From IMG/VR virus record IMGVR_UViG_3300029798_000001: a stretch of DNA of 64,000 bases; one strand, 5' to 3'. Source of the stretch: a virus (Duplodnaviria; Caudoviricetes). Numbering within the stretch: the first letter of the stretch is position 1; every line of letters begins with the position of its first letter. Under the pieces are notes generated by a model that worked only from the letters and a program-made list of their open reading frames with translations, ran no database searches and was not told the DNA's origin. The position numbers were made by a program, and so were the translations under genes. Below, piece by piece: positions 1 to 10,464 of this stretch.

Positions 1-3000
1 GTCACAGGAACAGCAACTGCCGCTAGTACAGTGGGTGGAGTTATTACTGGTTCAAGTTCAAGTGTAACTGGCACACAAACTGCCGCTAGTACAGTAGGCG
101 GTGTAATGACAGGCACTAGTTTAAGTACAACTGGCACCGTAACAGGTGGCAACTTAGCCACTGGTGGTACTGCAAGTGCCACTGGCACAGTAACAGGTGG
201 TAACTTAGCCACTGGTGGTACTGCAAGTGCCACAGGTACAGTAACAGGTGGTAACTTGGCCACAGGTGGTACAATTTCAGCAACTGGCAATGCAACAGTT
301 GGTAATGTTTCAGCAACAAATCACACAGGTACTAACGTATCAGTCACAGGAACAGCAACTGCCGCTAGTACAGTGGGTGGCGTAATCACTGGAACAAGTA
401 CGTCAGTAACAGGTGCTGTATCAGGTGCAAGTGCAAGTGTATCAGGTGGCGTTACAGCCGCGTCAGTAACAGGTGGAGTTATCACTGGCTCAAGTGCCAG
501 TGTCACTGGTGGTGTTACAGCCGCCAGTGTTGCAGGTGGCGTAATCACAGGAACAAGTACAAGTGTAACTGGCACACAAACTGCCGCTAGTACAGTGGGT
601 GGTGTAATCACTGGCTCAAGCTCTAGTGTCACTGGTACACAAACAGCTGCAAGTACAGTGGGTGGTGTGATCACTGGTAGCTCTGCATCAGTAACTGGCG
701 CAGTACAAGGTGCTAGTGCAAGTGTATCAGGTGGCGTCACTGCCGCGTCAGTAGCTGGTGGTGTAATTACTGGTACAAGTACCAGTGTCACAGGTGGCGT
801 CACTGCCGCGTCAGTAGCTGGTGGAGTAATTACTGGTTCAAGTGCTAGTGTAACCGGCGCAGTAAGTGGCGCAAGTGCAAGTGTATCAGGTGGAGTAATT
901 GCCGCTAGTGTAGCTGGTGGAGTTATCACAGGAACAAGTACAAGTGTCACTGGCACACAAACAGCTGCAAGTACAGTGGGTGGTGTGATCACTGGAAGTT
1001 CCGCTTCTGTAACTGGCGCAGTACAAGGTGCTAGTGCAAGTGTATCAGGTGGAGTTACTGCCGCATCGGTTGCCGGTGGTGTTATTACAGGAACAAGCGC
1101 CAGTGTTACTGGTGGCGTTACAGCCGCTTCGGTAGCAGGCGGCGTCATTACAGGATCAAGTGCTTCAGTAAGTGGCAACGTAACAGGTGGCAATATTTCA
1201 ACTGGTGGTATTATAAGTTCTACAGGAACTGCTACCGTTGGTAATTTAATTGTTTCTAACAATGCCAATATTCTTGGCAACTTAAATGTTCAAGGAAATG
1301 TAACATTTATTAATAGTAACGTAATTACGGTCAATGACCTATACATTGAACTAGCCAACAATCAAACTACCTATGCCAATATCAATGGTGCAGGTCTTAA
1401 CGTAGGACTACAAGGCTCACCGTTAACAAACTGGACCTATGGCACAGTAGCCAATGCATGGACAACCAACGTGGGTATCAGTGCTACAAGCACAGTAACT
1501 GGTGGCAACTTAGCTACGGGTGGTACAGTAAGTGCCACAGGCAATGTAACAGGTGGAAATGTCTTAACAGGTGGCATTATAAGTTCTACCGGCAACATTA
1601 CCACAGCTGGTTACTTTGTTGGTGCGTTCGCTGGTAGTATCAGTGGTAACGTAACAGCAGCCGGCGCAAATACACAGATTCAATATAACAGCAGTGGTAA
1701 TTTGGCTGGATCCTCGGCATTTACATTTACTCAAACAACAAACGCTTTGTCAGTGGGCGGCACAATCACTGCTGGCAATTTGGCCACAGGTGGCACAATA
1801 TCATCAACTGGTAACATTACCGGTGGTAATATTTCAGCAACTAACCATACAGGTACAACCGTAAGTGTAACAGGTACAGTAACCGCTGCCTCAACAGTTG
1901 GTGGAGTCATAACTGGCTCAAGTACCTCAGTAACTGGCACACAAACTGCCGCAAGTACTGTGGGCGGCGTCATTACAGGTACTAGCACAAGTGTAACTGG
2001 TGGTGTTACAGCCGCTAGTGTAGCTGGTGGAGTTATCACCGGCACTAGCGCAAGTGTAAGTGGTGGCGTAACAGCCGCTAGTGTAGCTGGTGGAGTTATC
2101 ACAGGAACAAGTACAAGTGTAACTGGCACACAAACTGCCGCTAGTACCGTGGGCGGTGTAATCACTGGTAGCAGTGCAAGTGTTACTGGTGCTGTAAGTG
2201 GCGCAAGTGCAAGTGTATCAGGTGGCGTTACAGCCGCTAGTATAGCTGGTGGAGTTATCACCGGCACAAGTTCCTCAGTAACTGGCACACAAACTGCCGC
2301 AAGTACTGTGGGCGGTGTCATCACAGGTTCTAGTACAAGTGTAACAGGCGCAGTAAGTGGCGCAAGTGCAAGTGTATCGGGTGGCGTTACAGCCGCGTCA
2401 GTAACAGGTGGTGTTATCACTGGTACTAGTACAAGTGTATCAGGTGGTGTTACAGCCGCTAGTGTTGCAGGTGGCGTAATCACTGGAACAAGTACCAGTG
2501 TAACTGGCACACAAACAGCAGCCTCAACAGTAGGTGGTGTTATCACTGGATCAAGTACAAGTGTCACTGGCGCCATAAGTGGTGCAAGTTCAAGTGTAAC
2601 TGGCGCACAAACGGCCGCTAGTACAGTGGGTGGTGTAATTACAGGTAGCTCTGCATCAGTAACCGGTGCTGTAAGTGGTGCAAGTGCAAGTGTTAGTGGC
2701 GCAGTTACTGCGGCCAGCACAGTGGGTGGTATCATTACCGGTACCAGCGTATCAGTCACAGGAACACAAACAGCAGCCTCAACAGTAGGTGGTGTAATTA
2801 CTGGATCAAGTGCTAGTGTAACTGGTGCATTAAGCGGTGCAAGTGCATCAGTATCAGGCGCAGTTACTGCCGCTAGTGTAGTTGGTGGAGTTATTACTGG
2901 AACGAGTACTTCGGTAACTGGGGCACAAACAGCAGCCTCTACAGTAGGTGGTATTATCACCGGCACATCAACATCAGTAACTGGTAATACAACTGCTGGT

Positions 3001-5060
3001 AATATACTAACAGGTGGCCTAATAAGTGCTACAGGTAATATCACTGGCAATTACATTCTTGGTAACGGTTCATTATTAACCGGTCTTAGTACTTCAAGCA
3101 TCAGCAATGGTACAAGTAATGTTAGTGTGTTTAACAACGGCAATGTAACCATTAGTGTTGCAGGCACAAGTAATGTTGGATTATTCACAACTGCTGGTGT
3201 AAACATAACTGGTGTTGTGTCTGCTACTGGTAACATCACCGGTGGGAATGTTTCAGCAACAAATTATACAGGTACTAATGTATCAGTAACTGGTATAGTA
3301 ACTGCCGCTAGTACAGTGGGCGGTGTAATTACTGGCTCAAGTGCTAGTGTAACAGGTGCAGTTACTGCCGCTAGTGTAGTTGGTGGTGTAATTACTGGCA
3401 CATCAACAAGTGTAACTGGCACACAAACAGCAGCCTCAACTGTTGGTGGTGTTATCACTGGATCAAGTGCTAGTGTCACTGGTGCAATAACTGGTGCTAG
3501 CTTGACTATTTCTGGTAACGCTAATATTGCTAGTAATACATTCTTTGTTAATTCAACTACTAACACAGCCAGCTTTGGAACTGCAACACAAACAACCAAC
3601 GCATTGGTAGCGTTTAACAGCTCAACAAGTATTTTGGTGCCAGTTGGTAACTCAACACAACGCCCTGGTACTGGTGTAACAGGTATGGTGCGCTTCAACA
3701 CTACAAATAATACGCTTGAGGTGTATAACAACAGTGCCTGGGCCAATGTTGGACAACAAACATTTACAGTTATTGCTGATGACCAGTTTGCTGGTACAGG
3801 AAGTCAAACAATATTTACACTGAGTTCTAGTCAAACAACTAATAGTTGTATTGTTAGTATTAACGGTGTAGTACAGATTCCAACTACGGCATACTCTGTA
3901 AGTGGAACAACATTAACATTTACTGAAGCTCCTGCTGTTGGTGACTTAATTGATGTTCGTGAACTTACTACAACAACATCAGTGACTAGCATTACTAATA
4001 GTTCTGGCAATGCTAGTATCTATGTAAATGACCTGTCAAGCAATGTAAGTGTCACTGGAAACATAGTTGCAAGTGGTAACATTTATGCTAATGCGTTGAT
4101 TATTATTACAACTGAAAGTATTGTAGGTAATGTAATTGGTGGTAACTTATTAACTAGCGGAACAGTCAGTGCCACTGGTAATATTACTGGCAACTATTTC
4201 TTTGGTAACGGTTCACAACTCACTGGTGTAACAGCCACAGGTATTGGTACACTTGCATCATTGAGTGTAACTGGCAACACAACCACTGGTAACTTATTAA
4301 CAGGTGGACTTGTAAGTGCCGCTGGTACTATTACTGGCACAAGCCACTTAGGTACAAGTGTATCAGTAACTGGTGCGGTAACTGCTGCCTCAGTAGTCGG
4401 TGGAGTTATTACCGGATCAAGTACAAGTGTGACTGGAACACAAACAGCAGCCTCAACTGTAGGTGGTGTGATCACTGGTACATCAACATCGGTAACTGGC
4501 AACACAACATCTGGTAACATTTTAACAGGTGGATTAATTTCTGCTACAGGAAACATTACAGGTGGTAATATTATATCAACAGGAACTAGTGGTAATATTA
4601 CTGGTGCTAATGTAATTTCTGCTACTACCTTTAGTGCCACCGGCAACACAACATCTGGTAACTTATTAACAAGTGGCCTAATTTCTGCCACAAGCACAAT
4701 CACAGGAACGAGTCATTTAGGTGCAGTTGTTTCAGTAACCGGTGCAGTGACTGCTGCATCAGTAGTAGGTGGTGTTATTACAGGCACTTCAACTTCAGTA
4801 AGCGGTGGTGTAACAGCCGCATCAGTCTCGGGCGGAGTCATTACTGGATCAAGTACAAGTGTTACTGGCACACAAACAGCCGCCAGCACAGTAGGTGGTG
4901 TTATCACTGGAAGCTCTATATCAGTATCGGGCGCAGTAACCGGCGCAAGTGTAGTCGGTGGAGTTATCACAGGCACAAGTACAAGTGTTACCGGCTCACA
5001 AACAGCCGCAAGTACAGTAGGTGGTGTCATTACCGGATCGAGCTTATCGGTAACTACAGG
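1..5060 (+). repeat. Imperfect coding tandem repeats (about 21-aa unit TAASTVGGVITGSSTSVTG(T/A)(Q/V) with optional GASASVSG spacer), in several blocks
   Basis: Dozens of copies visible in the translation; blocks at approx. 1-1170, 1850-3000, 3270-3490, 4360-4500, 4720-5060. Confidence 0.9.
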
Positions 5061-5556
5061 TACTATCACTGGCGGCAACATTGTCAACGGCAACGGCAAC
5101 GGTGTAGGAAATATTGGCAGCTCCACTACATATTTTAACACAGTATTTGCCAAAGCAACAAGCGCACAATACGCTGACTTGGCAGAAATGTACTGTGGAG
5201 ACAAATTATATTCACCCGGTACCGTGGTTGATTTTGGCGGCACAAATGAAATCACAACCACAGCCAAAAGCCATAGCACTCGGGTTGCTGGTATTATTTC
5301 TACCAATCCAAGTTATCTAATGAACAGTGCCCTTGATTGTACTACTGCACTCGAAGTTGCCTTGGTTGGTCGTGTGCCATGCTCGGTAGTCGGTACAATT
5401 CACAAAGGTGATCGACTGGTATCAAGCGATCTTCCTGGAGTTGCTCAAGCATTAAATATGAGTCAATATCAACCTGGTTGCATCATTGGTAAATCTTTAG
5501 AAGATTATAATTCAGCAGAACCCGGTGTGATAGAGGTGGCCGTAGGCCGAGTATAA
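1..5556 (+). CDS. Long repetitive tail fibre-like protein, 5'-truncated by the window edge; C-terminal intramolecular-chaperone / peptidase G2-like domain
   Basis: Frame is open from position 1. G/T/S/A/V-rich repeats; fibre-type motifs (PVGNSTQRP..GMVRFNT, NGVVQIP..Y.VSGTTLTF); C-terminus AQYADLAE..PGTVV..VALVGRVPC..KGDRLV..IIGKSLE. Confidence 0.8.
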   Translation, partial: VTGTATAASTVGGVITGSSSSVTGTQTAASTVGGVMTGTSLSTTGTVTGGNLATGGTASATGTVTGGNLATGGTASATGTVTGGNLATGGTISATGNATVGNVSATNHTGTNVSVTGTATAASTVGGVITGTSTSVTGAVSGASASVSGGVTAASVTGGVITGSSASVTGGVTAASVAGGVITGTSTSVTGTQTAASTVGGVITGSSSSVTGTQTAASTVGGVITGSSASVTGAVQGASASVSGGVTAASVAGGVITGTSTSVTGGVTAASVAGGVITGSSASVTGAVSGASASVSGGVIAASVAGGVITGTSTSVTGTQTAASTVGGVITGSSASVTGAVQGASASVSGGVTAASVAGGVITGTSASVTGGVTAASVAGGVITGSSASVSGNVTGGNISTGGIISSTGTATVGNLIVSNNANILGNLNVQGNVTFINSNVITVNDLYIELANNQTTYANINGAGLNVGLQGSPLTNWTYGTVANAWTTNVGISATSTVTGGNLATGGTVSATGNVTGGNVLTGGIISSTGNITTAGYFVGAFAGSISGNVTAAGANTQIQYNSSGNLAGSSAFTFTQTTNALSVGGTITAGNLATGGTISSTGNITGGNISATNHTGTTVSVTGTVTAASTVGGVITGSSTSVTGTQTAASTVGGVITGTSTSVTGGVTAASVAGGVITGTSASVSGGVTAASVAGGVITGTSTSVTGTQTAASTVGGVITGSSASVTGAVSGASASVSGGVTAASIAGGVITGTSSSVTGTQTAASTVGGVITGSSTSVTGAVSGASASVSGGVTAASVTGGVITGTSTSVSGGVTAASVAGGVITGTSTSVTGTQTAASTVGGVITGSSTSVTGAISGASSSVTGAQTAASTVGGVITGSSASVTGAVSGASASVSGAVTAASTVGGIITGTSVSVTGTQTAASTVGGVITGSSASVTGALSGASASVSGAVTAASVVGGVITGTSTSVTGAQTAASTVGGIITGTSTSVTGNTTAGNILTGGLISATGNITGNYILGNGSLLTGLSTSSISNGTSNVSVFNNGNVTISVAGTSNVGLFTTAGVNITGVVSATGNITGGNVSATNYTGTNVSVTGIVTAASTVGGVITGSSASVTGAVTAASVVGGVITGTSTSVTGTQTAASTVGGVITGSSASVTGAITGASLTISGNANIASNTFFVNSTTNTASFGTATQTTNALVAFNSSTSILVPVGNSTQRPGTGVTGMVRFNTTNNTLEVYNNSAWANVGQQTFTVIADDQFAGTGSQTIFTLSSSQTTNSCIVSINGVVQIPTTAYSVSGTTLTFTEAPAVGDLIDVRELTTTTSVTSITNSSGNASIYVNDLSSNVSVTGNIVASGNIYANALIIITTESIVGNVIGGNLLTSGTVSATGNITGNYFFGNGSQLTGVTATGIGTLASLSVTGNTTTGNLLTGGLVSAAGTITGTSHLGTSVSVTGAVTAASVVGGVITGSSTSVTGTQTAASTVGGVITGTSTSVTGNTTSGNILTGGLISATGNITGGNIISTGTSGNITGANVISATTFSATGNTTSGNLLTSGLISATSTITGTSHLGAVVSVTGAVTAASVVGGVITGTSTSVSGGVTAASVSGGVITGSSTSVTGTQTAASTVGGVITGSSISVSGAVTGASVVGGVITGTSTSVTGSQTAASTVGGVITGSSLSVTTGTITGGNIVNGNGNGVGNIGSSTTYFNTVFAKATSAQYADLAEMYCGDKLYSPGTVVDFGGTNEITTTAKSHSTRVAGIISTNPSYLMNSALDCTTALEVALVGRVPCSVVGTIHKGDRLVSSDLPGVAQALNMSQYQPGCIIGKSLEDYNSAEPGVIEVAVGRV

Positions 5557-5558
5557 TT

Positions 5559-6275
5559 ATGGCAGTCTTGGATCTTGTTGTTGGCTCTGGAATAACAGTT
5601 GGCTCTGGAATTAAACTTAGTAATAATGGCCTAGTAACTAATGGCCTAGTTGCTTATATAGATGCAAGTAATACTAGTAGTTATCCTGGCACTGGCACCA
5701 CAATAACGGATCTCAGTAACACCGCCGCAACTGGAACACTTAACGGAACTATTCCTTTTGTTTCTGCAGGTCAGTCCAGCTACTGGAATTTTGCTACAGC
5801 ATCAGCAGCAAACTATATTTCAAGCACACTGACTCAAAATTATTTAGATTGCACACTAGTATTTTATCCGGATTTTACATATAACTCTGGTGCCAGTCTG
5901 GCCTATTGCCTTAGCACCGGTGTTAGTACAGACTATGAAATGAGATTTGCCGGCGCAAACGGAACCGGGCCGTGGACATTACAAAATCCAGGAAATACCA
6001 ACGACTGGGCCAATACCGCAACCACATACTATATTAATGGTACTGCGTATACAGGCGCCGGAAACTTAGCCACCGGGTGGAATATATTGGGCGGCACTAG
6101 AACCAATACCACCAACGGATCATTTGCCAGCAACTGGGCTTACTATTGGGGATGTGGGTACACAGGAAGATATTATCAAGGTAGATTGGCAGCTATGTTA
6201 CTTTATAATCGTGCATTATCTGCTGCAGAGCAGAATCAAAATTTTCAGGCCCTAAGAGGCCGCTTTGGACTTTAA
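5559..6275 (+). CDS. LamG / concanavalin A-like lectin domain virion protein
   Basis: NGLVAYIDASNTSSYPGTGTTITDLS start and YYQGRLAAMLLYNRALSAAEQNQNF..RFGL end, typical of phage LamG proteins; directly follows the fibre gene. Confidence 0.75.
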   Translation: MAVLDLVVGSGITVGSGIKLSNNGLVTNGLVAYIDASNTSSYPGTGTTITDLSNTAATGTLNGTIPFVSAGQSSYWNFATASAANYISSTLTQNYLDCTLVFYPDFTYNSGASLAYCLSTGVSTDYEMRFAGANGTGPWTLQNPGNTNDWANTATTYYINGTAYTGAGNLATGWNILGGTRTNTTNGSFASNWAYYWGCGYTGRYYQGRLAAMLLYNRALSAAEQNQNFQALRGRFGL

Positions 6276-6286
6276 CAGGAATTTAA

Positions 6287-6949
6287 ATGCAAGCTAGATA
6301 CAGAGCAGATTACCCGGGCGAATTTGTTGTAATTGAGTCACGCTGGATCTCTGGTAAAAAAGAAGAAAAACGCGAATGGATCGCTAACCCCATTGAGAAT
6401 CAACACATCTCTGGGCGTGCCGCTTGTATTGGTAGCACATTTGATCAAGGAACCTTTAATTATACAATGCTGCAACGACATCGTGGCGGATTACTAGGAA
6501 GTAAAAAATTACAGACTTATGGTGTAGGTGAAATAGCCCAACAAATGCGTTTAGATTTTACAGTAGAAACCAACACAACCGAACTTACAGCAATATTAAA
6601 CAGTAGTTATCAAACAACTAATACAGTGTATACTAACCCAAGAAACTGTCTAGCTTACCCTGGTGAATTTTATTTAATACCACAGAATCCACATTTATTA
6701 GACATTGCTCAAATATTATACCTAGCGGCATTTGATGGCCACCAAGAAATATTCATGTTAGGATATAATTGTGAAACACGAATAGAAAGCCCAACTTGGA
6801 CCAATCAGTGCCGTACTGTTATGGATGCATACCCCGGCACACTATTTTATATGATTGGTGAAAGTAACAACATGCCTGATATATGGATGGACGCCAGCAA
6901 TTCTAAAAATCTTACCTACAGAGAATTTATTAGCTATTGCGATGTTTGA
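6287..6949 (+). CDS. Hypothetical protein
   Basis: 220-aa ORF with AGGA upstream; no motif recognised with confidence. Confidence 0.65.
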   Translation: MQARYRADYPGEFVVIESRWISGKKEEKREWIANPIENQHISGRAACIGSTFDQGTFNYTMLQRHRGGLLGSKKLQTYGVGEIAQQMRLDFTVETNTTELTAILNSSYQTTNTVYTNPRNCLAYPGEFYLIPQNPHLLDIAQILYLAAFDGHQEIFMLGYNCETRIESPTWTNQCRTVMDAYPGTLFYMIGESNNMPDIWMDASNSKNLTYREFISYCDV

Positions 6950-7374
6950 ACTAGTTGTTCTATTGTTGTAATTTTATCACGCACAGCATCAAAATTTACG
7001 GTACTCCATAAACCAGGATGCATGGGTTTTGGCCAAGTTCCTGAATCAAGCCAAGCATACCCAATATGCTCGTCGTTTAGAACCGGCACAAATTCGTGAG
7101 CAACACTACAAAAAAATGTGTTATACGAAAATCCAGCATCAGCTGTAGTAAACTTTTCTAGTGGCATTAGTCGCAAATACTCTGGCATGTTGCCCAATTC
7201 CTCTTGGCACTCTCTAGTCATGGTATCGACTAAGGATTCGCCTAGTTCGCTTTTGCCCCCAGGAAGACCCCAACAGTGCGGGTGCTTAGGATCGTTTCGC
7301 ATGAGGTACAGATACCGCTGAGTATCCACACTATAAAACCAAACGCCGACGGCTGTTATAGAACTAGACTCCAT
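6934..7374 (-). CDS. NUDIX hydrolase
   Basis: Nudix box GGKSELGESLVDTMTRECQEELG. Confidence 0.9.
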   Translation of the reverse strand: MESSSITAVGVWFYSVDTQRYLYLMRNDPKHPHCWGLPGGKSELGESLVDTMTRECQEELGNMPEYLRLMPLEKFTTADAGFSYNTFFCSVAHEFVPVLNDEHIGYAWLDSGTWPKPMHPGLWSTVNFDAVRDKITTIEQLVQTSQ

Positions 7375-8771
7375 GCGCCTCCGGGGTAGAGACCTTGATA
7401 ACTCTTAACCCACATATTACCAGTCCATCGATATTGTATTTCTGTTGTGATATTTGTAACATATTGCATATTATTGGGGCTAGTGGTACTGTCAAATGCA
7501 ATAGTCCACCGAGCACCATCATACTCAATAATATCGTTTGCATGTGCGACCAATGGTTGCCCATCAACGCCCGACCATGCTTCGGGATTGGTCATTCCTG
7601 GATTATCATATGATCCTGTGGCCTCGGTCAGCAAATAGCGTTGACCTGCAGCTGCTGCAGATAAGCCGGCTCCAGGCCCGCTGGCCAATGGATCAATTAC
7701 AGCATCGACTGGCAATAAGGTATTTCCTGGAATAGTGCCATCGTTAGGAGTAAACAATAAAAATCTATCATCAGTTGGGTCATAGGCCACGGTACCCATT
7801 ACATCGGTGCCGTCTGGTTGTTCTAAAGTAACATAACTAATACCTGGCCTTAATGTGCCGTACATGTTGATTACATTGTGCCATAGCAAATTAGTCGGTG
7901 GACTATCTGGTGGCACTAGATTGGTATTAGGCTCGTCTATGATATTGTCATATCGCAAGGCCTGTAGTTTATTATTAATTAATAATACCTGATATCCAAA
8001 AGGTGTAAATTTTTGTCTTGTGCCTAATAATAAATCACTATTGGTTAACGCATTATTAAGATCGCCTTGAGCATCGTACACTGATGCAATAATGCGCTCG
8101 ATCACTCCAAGTTTTTTAACTTTGGCCGGACTAGTAATCCACAATGGCAAGGTGAATGTTAGTGTAGCAATATCAATAGGATTGTCAATGCCAACAGGTA
8201 TTGTACGACTAGCCCATCTGGAATCTTTGAGATACAGCACACTTAAACTGGTCCAGTCAAGGAAACTATCAGTACTTTGTATTTCTAAACTAGGATTAAA
8301 CAAGACTAAAATTTGTTCTAACAGTTGCATTTTTTGGTTAGTATTTGAAGTCCAGATATCTAAATTTATAGTCATTTCGTACGGAACTGGCATTAATCGT
8401 TCGATAGTAAACGCATTACCCTGTGTGGTTTCGTAAGTACTAGTGGCCCCATCATATGTGCGTTGACGAATCTGTACATTGCTTATATAAGTTGGATCTT
8501 GTATTCTAGGCCGATCATATTTTAAGTCAGTGATATAAAATGTCATTAATGGAGTTGCTGGCATATCATTGGCCGAATTATTTTGTAAAATTGTCTGTGC
8601 CTGACGACTAGCATCACCATAGCGTACCGGAACACGGATTAAAGTATCCTCTGCGCTCCCAGGTCCTTGTGCGGCCTCGTTGGCACCATACTCAACATCA
8701 AAGTTTGAGAATATTCTGGCGAACTGTAATAAAAACCTCCTGATCTGAGAATCATAAAAAAATTGTGCCAT
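7356..8771 (-). CDS. Tail completion / sheath stabiliser, T4 gp15-like
   Basis: FFYD.QIRRFLLQF.RIFS, VPVRYG, PVPY.M.I.L.IW..N..QKMQLLEQILVLFNP pattern. Confidence 0.75.
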   Translation of the reverse strand: MAQFFYDSQIRRFLLQFARIFSNFDVEYGANEAAQGPGSAEDTLIRVPVRYGDASRQAQTILQNNSANDMPATPLMTFYITDLKYDRPRIQDPTYISNVQIRQRTYDGATSTYETTQGNAFTIERLMPVPYEMTINLDIWTSNTNQKMQLLEQILVLFNPSLEIQSTDSFLDWTSLSVLYLKDSRWASRTIPVGIDNPIDIATLTFTLPLWITSPAKVKKLGVIERIIASVYDAQGDLNNALTNSDLLLGTRQKFTPFGYQVLLINNKLQALRYDNIIDEPNTNLVPPDSPPTNLLWHNVINMYGTLRPGISYVTLEQPDGTDVMGTVAYDPTDDRFLLFTPNDGTIPGNTLLPVDAVIDPLASGPGAGLSAAAAGQRYLLTEATGSYDNPGMTNPEAWSGVDGQPLVAHANDIIEYDGARWTIAFDSTTSPNNMQYVTNITTEIQYRWTGNMWVKSYQGLYPGGAWSLVL

Positions 8772-10123
8772 TATCGTCCTGGAGGTCTTGGGTTAGGTGG
8801 TGTAATATTGCCACCTTGGTTACCGTTGTCGGCATCGGGTTTAAGTATCTGACTAAGACTCTGCCGACTTGGAATATTACCTTGATCAGTAGTACTCACG
8901 GTGTAAGTATTGTTTACAAAGCCAGCTCGTTGTGTGAGTGCGCCACTTGCTAGATCTAAATCGGTACGAACATTGTCGGAGATGGCCAACCATGCCTTAC
9001 CATTGTATCGGAACAACCGATTTGGAAAATAATCTAATCTTAGGCAATAATCGCCAGGCACTGGTGTTGGAGGAAACTGTACACCAGGAGTAACTGGCAG
9101 GCCGTTAGGAGCATGAGTATCACCTGTTAGATACCCTGCTACATACCCAAACCCTTTTGGTGTAATACCTTCACCTGTTTGTGTGCCATCTACAGTTGGC
9201 CAAGTTTCGTCAGCGGTTAGTCCGGCAGCGGCCGGCTCTCCAGTGGGCGTAGTCGGTAAAATATAAAACTTAACATTATCATAGCCACTGAGAGGAACAT
9301 CGTTATAGGCCTGGGTTAACAATGCGTCATTGATTGCTAAATCTTTAGGACGGGTTGATTGTATATCGCCAACAGTAGTGGGCTTTAATATCTGTGTCCA
9401 ATAGGTAGTATCTGTAATATCGGCTCCGGGTGGAACATTAGTCTTGGCGGTATAGTATACATCGCCAGAATTAACTATTGTTCCTACCGGATAAAAGTTG
9501 CCGTTGTCCCAAATATTTTCTGGTTCAAATGGTTGATTAACAATTTGACTAAACTCTTGAGCATTGACCATCGGAGTAGCTTTAACTCGCCATAGGTGTG
9601 GCAACCAAACAGAACTAAATCCTTCAGCTGCAAATGCGGCATCCTGGATTACATAATATTTAGGTAATGCTCTTGGTATCGACTGGTCTAGAGGATTATA
9701 ATCTTTTAAATTTGGTAATTCTAACACATCGCCACTCATTAACTTACGACCAAAGAAATCTATCATATCATTATAATGAAAGGTAATAAACAGGGTGTCA
9801 TTATTTAAAAATAGGCCAAATTGACTTAGATCAAAATCTATATCCTGCTGACGATAAACCCCACGCATAATAAAAACATCCGGATCATAAACACGATCTC
9901 GATTTTCTAATAATAATAAATCCTCAATAAACAACGGATTTGTACTACCGTAATTTGGAATAGTAGCGTCATTATTGCCGTTGTCAGTGCCGGCTCCTTG
10001 AGGACCGAGGTATTTGTGAGCATATATGTCGACACCCCCGACTGTATATTGTTCGGAGATTGTACGATCTAAGAACTGATAATCAGAGGTACGATTTGGG
10101 CGGTATAGACTCAGGCGTGGCAT
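8771..10123 (-). CDS. Neck / head completion protein, T4 gp14-like (start reassigned to MPRLSLY at 10123)
   Basis: LLLENRDRVYD, FDLSQFGLFL, GDVLELP motifs; CTAAATA lies 7 nt upstream of the ATG at 10123. Confidence 0.7.
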   Translation of the reverse strand: MPRLSLYRPNRTSDYQFLDRTISEQYTVGGVDIYAHKYLGPQGAGTDNGNNDATIPNYGSTNPLFIEDLLLLENRDRVYDPDVFIMRGVYRQQDIDFDLSQFGLFLNNDTLFITFHYNDMIDFFGRKLMSGDVLELPNLKDYNPLDQSIPRALPKYYVIQDAAFAAEGFSSVWLPHLWRVKATPMVNAQEFSQIVNQPFEPENIWDNGNFYPVGTIVNSGDVYYTAKTNVPPGADITDTTYWTQILKPTTVGDIQSTRPKDLAINDALLTQAYNDVPLSGYDNVKFYILPTTPTGEPAAAGLTADETWPTVDGTQTGEGITPKGFGYVAGYLTGDTHAPNGLPVTPGVQFPPTPVPGDYCLRLDYFPNRLFRYNGKAWLAISDNVRTDLDLASGALTQRAGFVNNTYTVSTTDQGNIPSRQSLSQILKPDADNGNQGGNITPPNPRPPGR

Positions 10124-10145
10124 AATATAGTATTTAGCGGTTAGA

Positions 10146-10174
10146 TTGACTAGTAATTCAAAAGCTCGTATAAT
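10146..10174 (+). promoter_or_regulatory. Sigma70-type promoter
   Basis: TTGACT-N17-TATAAT; ATG follows after 6 nt. Confidence 0.85.
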
Positions 10175-10180
10175 TACAAA

Positions 10181-10432
10181 ATGGATACTCTCTTTCAACG
10201 CTTAGATTCTGCTGAAAAACACATAGCACAGGTCAAAAACAAAGTGGCCCGTCGAGATTTGCTTAAAATGGTTAGAGCAATAGATCAAGCCATTGTGGCC
10301 GCCGATATGGAAAGTGTAGAATGTCGCAGAATGCACCGAGAATCCATACGCTACCGAGAACTTGTGAAAACAGTAGATAGTTTACTAACCAATTTAGAAC
10401 AACATATTACCTTTGCAAACCTGCTCGGTTGA
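10181..10432 (+). CDS. Hypothetical protein
   Basis: 83-aa ORF directly behind a consensus promoter. Confidence 0.7.
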   Translation: MDTLFQRLDSAEKHIAQVKNKVARRDLLKMVRAIDQAIVAADMESVECRRMHRESIRYRELVKTVDSLLTNLEQHITFANLLG

Positions 10433-10457
10433 CCTAACACAATATTTAATATATAAT
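10429..10457 (+). promoter_or_regulatory. Sigma70-type promoter
   Basis: TTGACC-N17-TATAAT; ATG at 10465. Confidence 0.85.
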
Positions 10458-10464
10458 GAAAGCT

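Noticed and set aside
1-5060. Repeats as a CRISPR array or DGR template/variable pair
   Set aside because: In-frame, degenerate at third positions, no unique spacers; no cas or reverse transcriptase gene in the window
116-5306. Long minus-strand ORFs (e.g. 321..1280, 1731..3050, 4713..5306)
   Set aside because: Antisense shadows of the repetitive fibre gene; codon bias removes stops; no RBS or promoter
6934-6949. Tail-to-tail gene overlaps (also 15520-15563 and 50249-50274)
   Set aside because: Common in compact phage genomes; nothing specific
10124-10198. ORF-track 5' extension of the gp14-like gene
   Set aside because: It overlaps the divergent promoter and gene; the late motif points to ATG 10123
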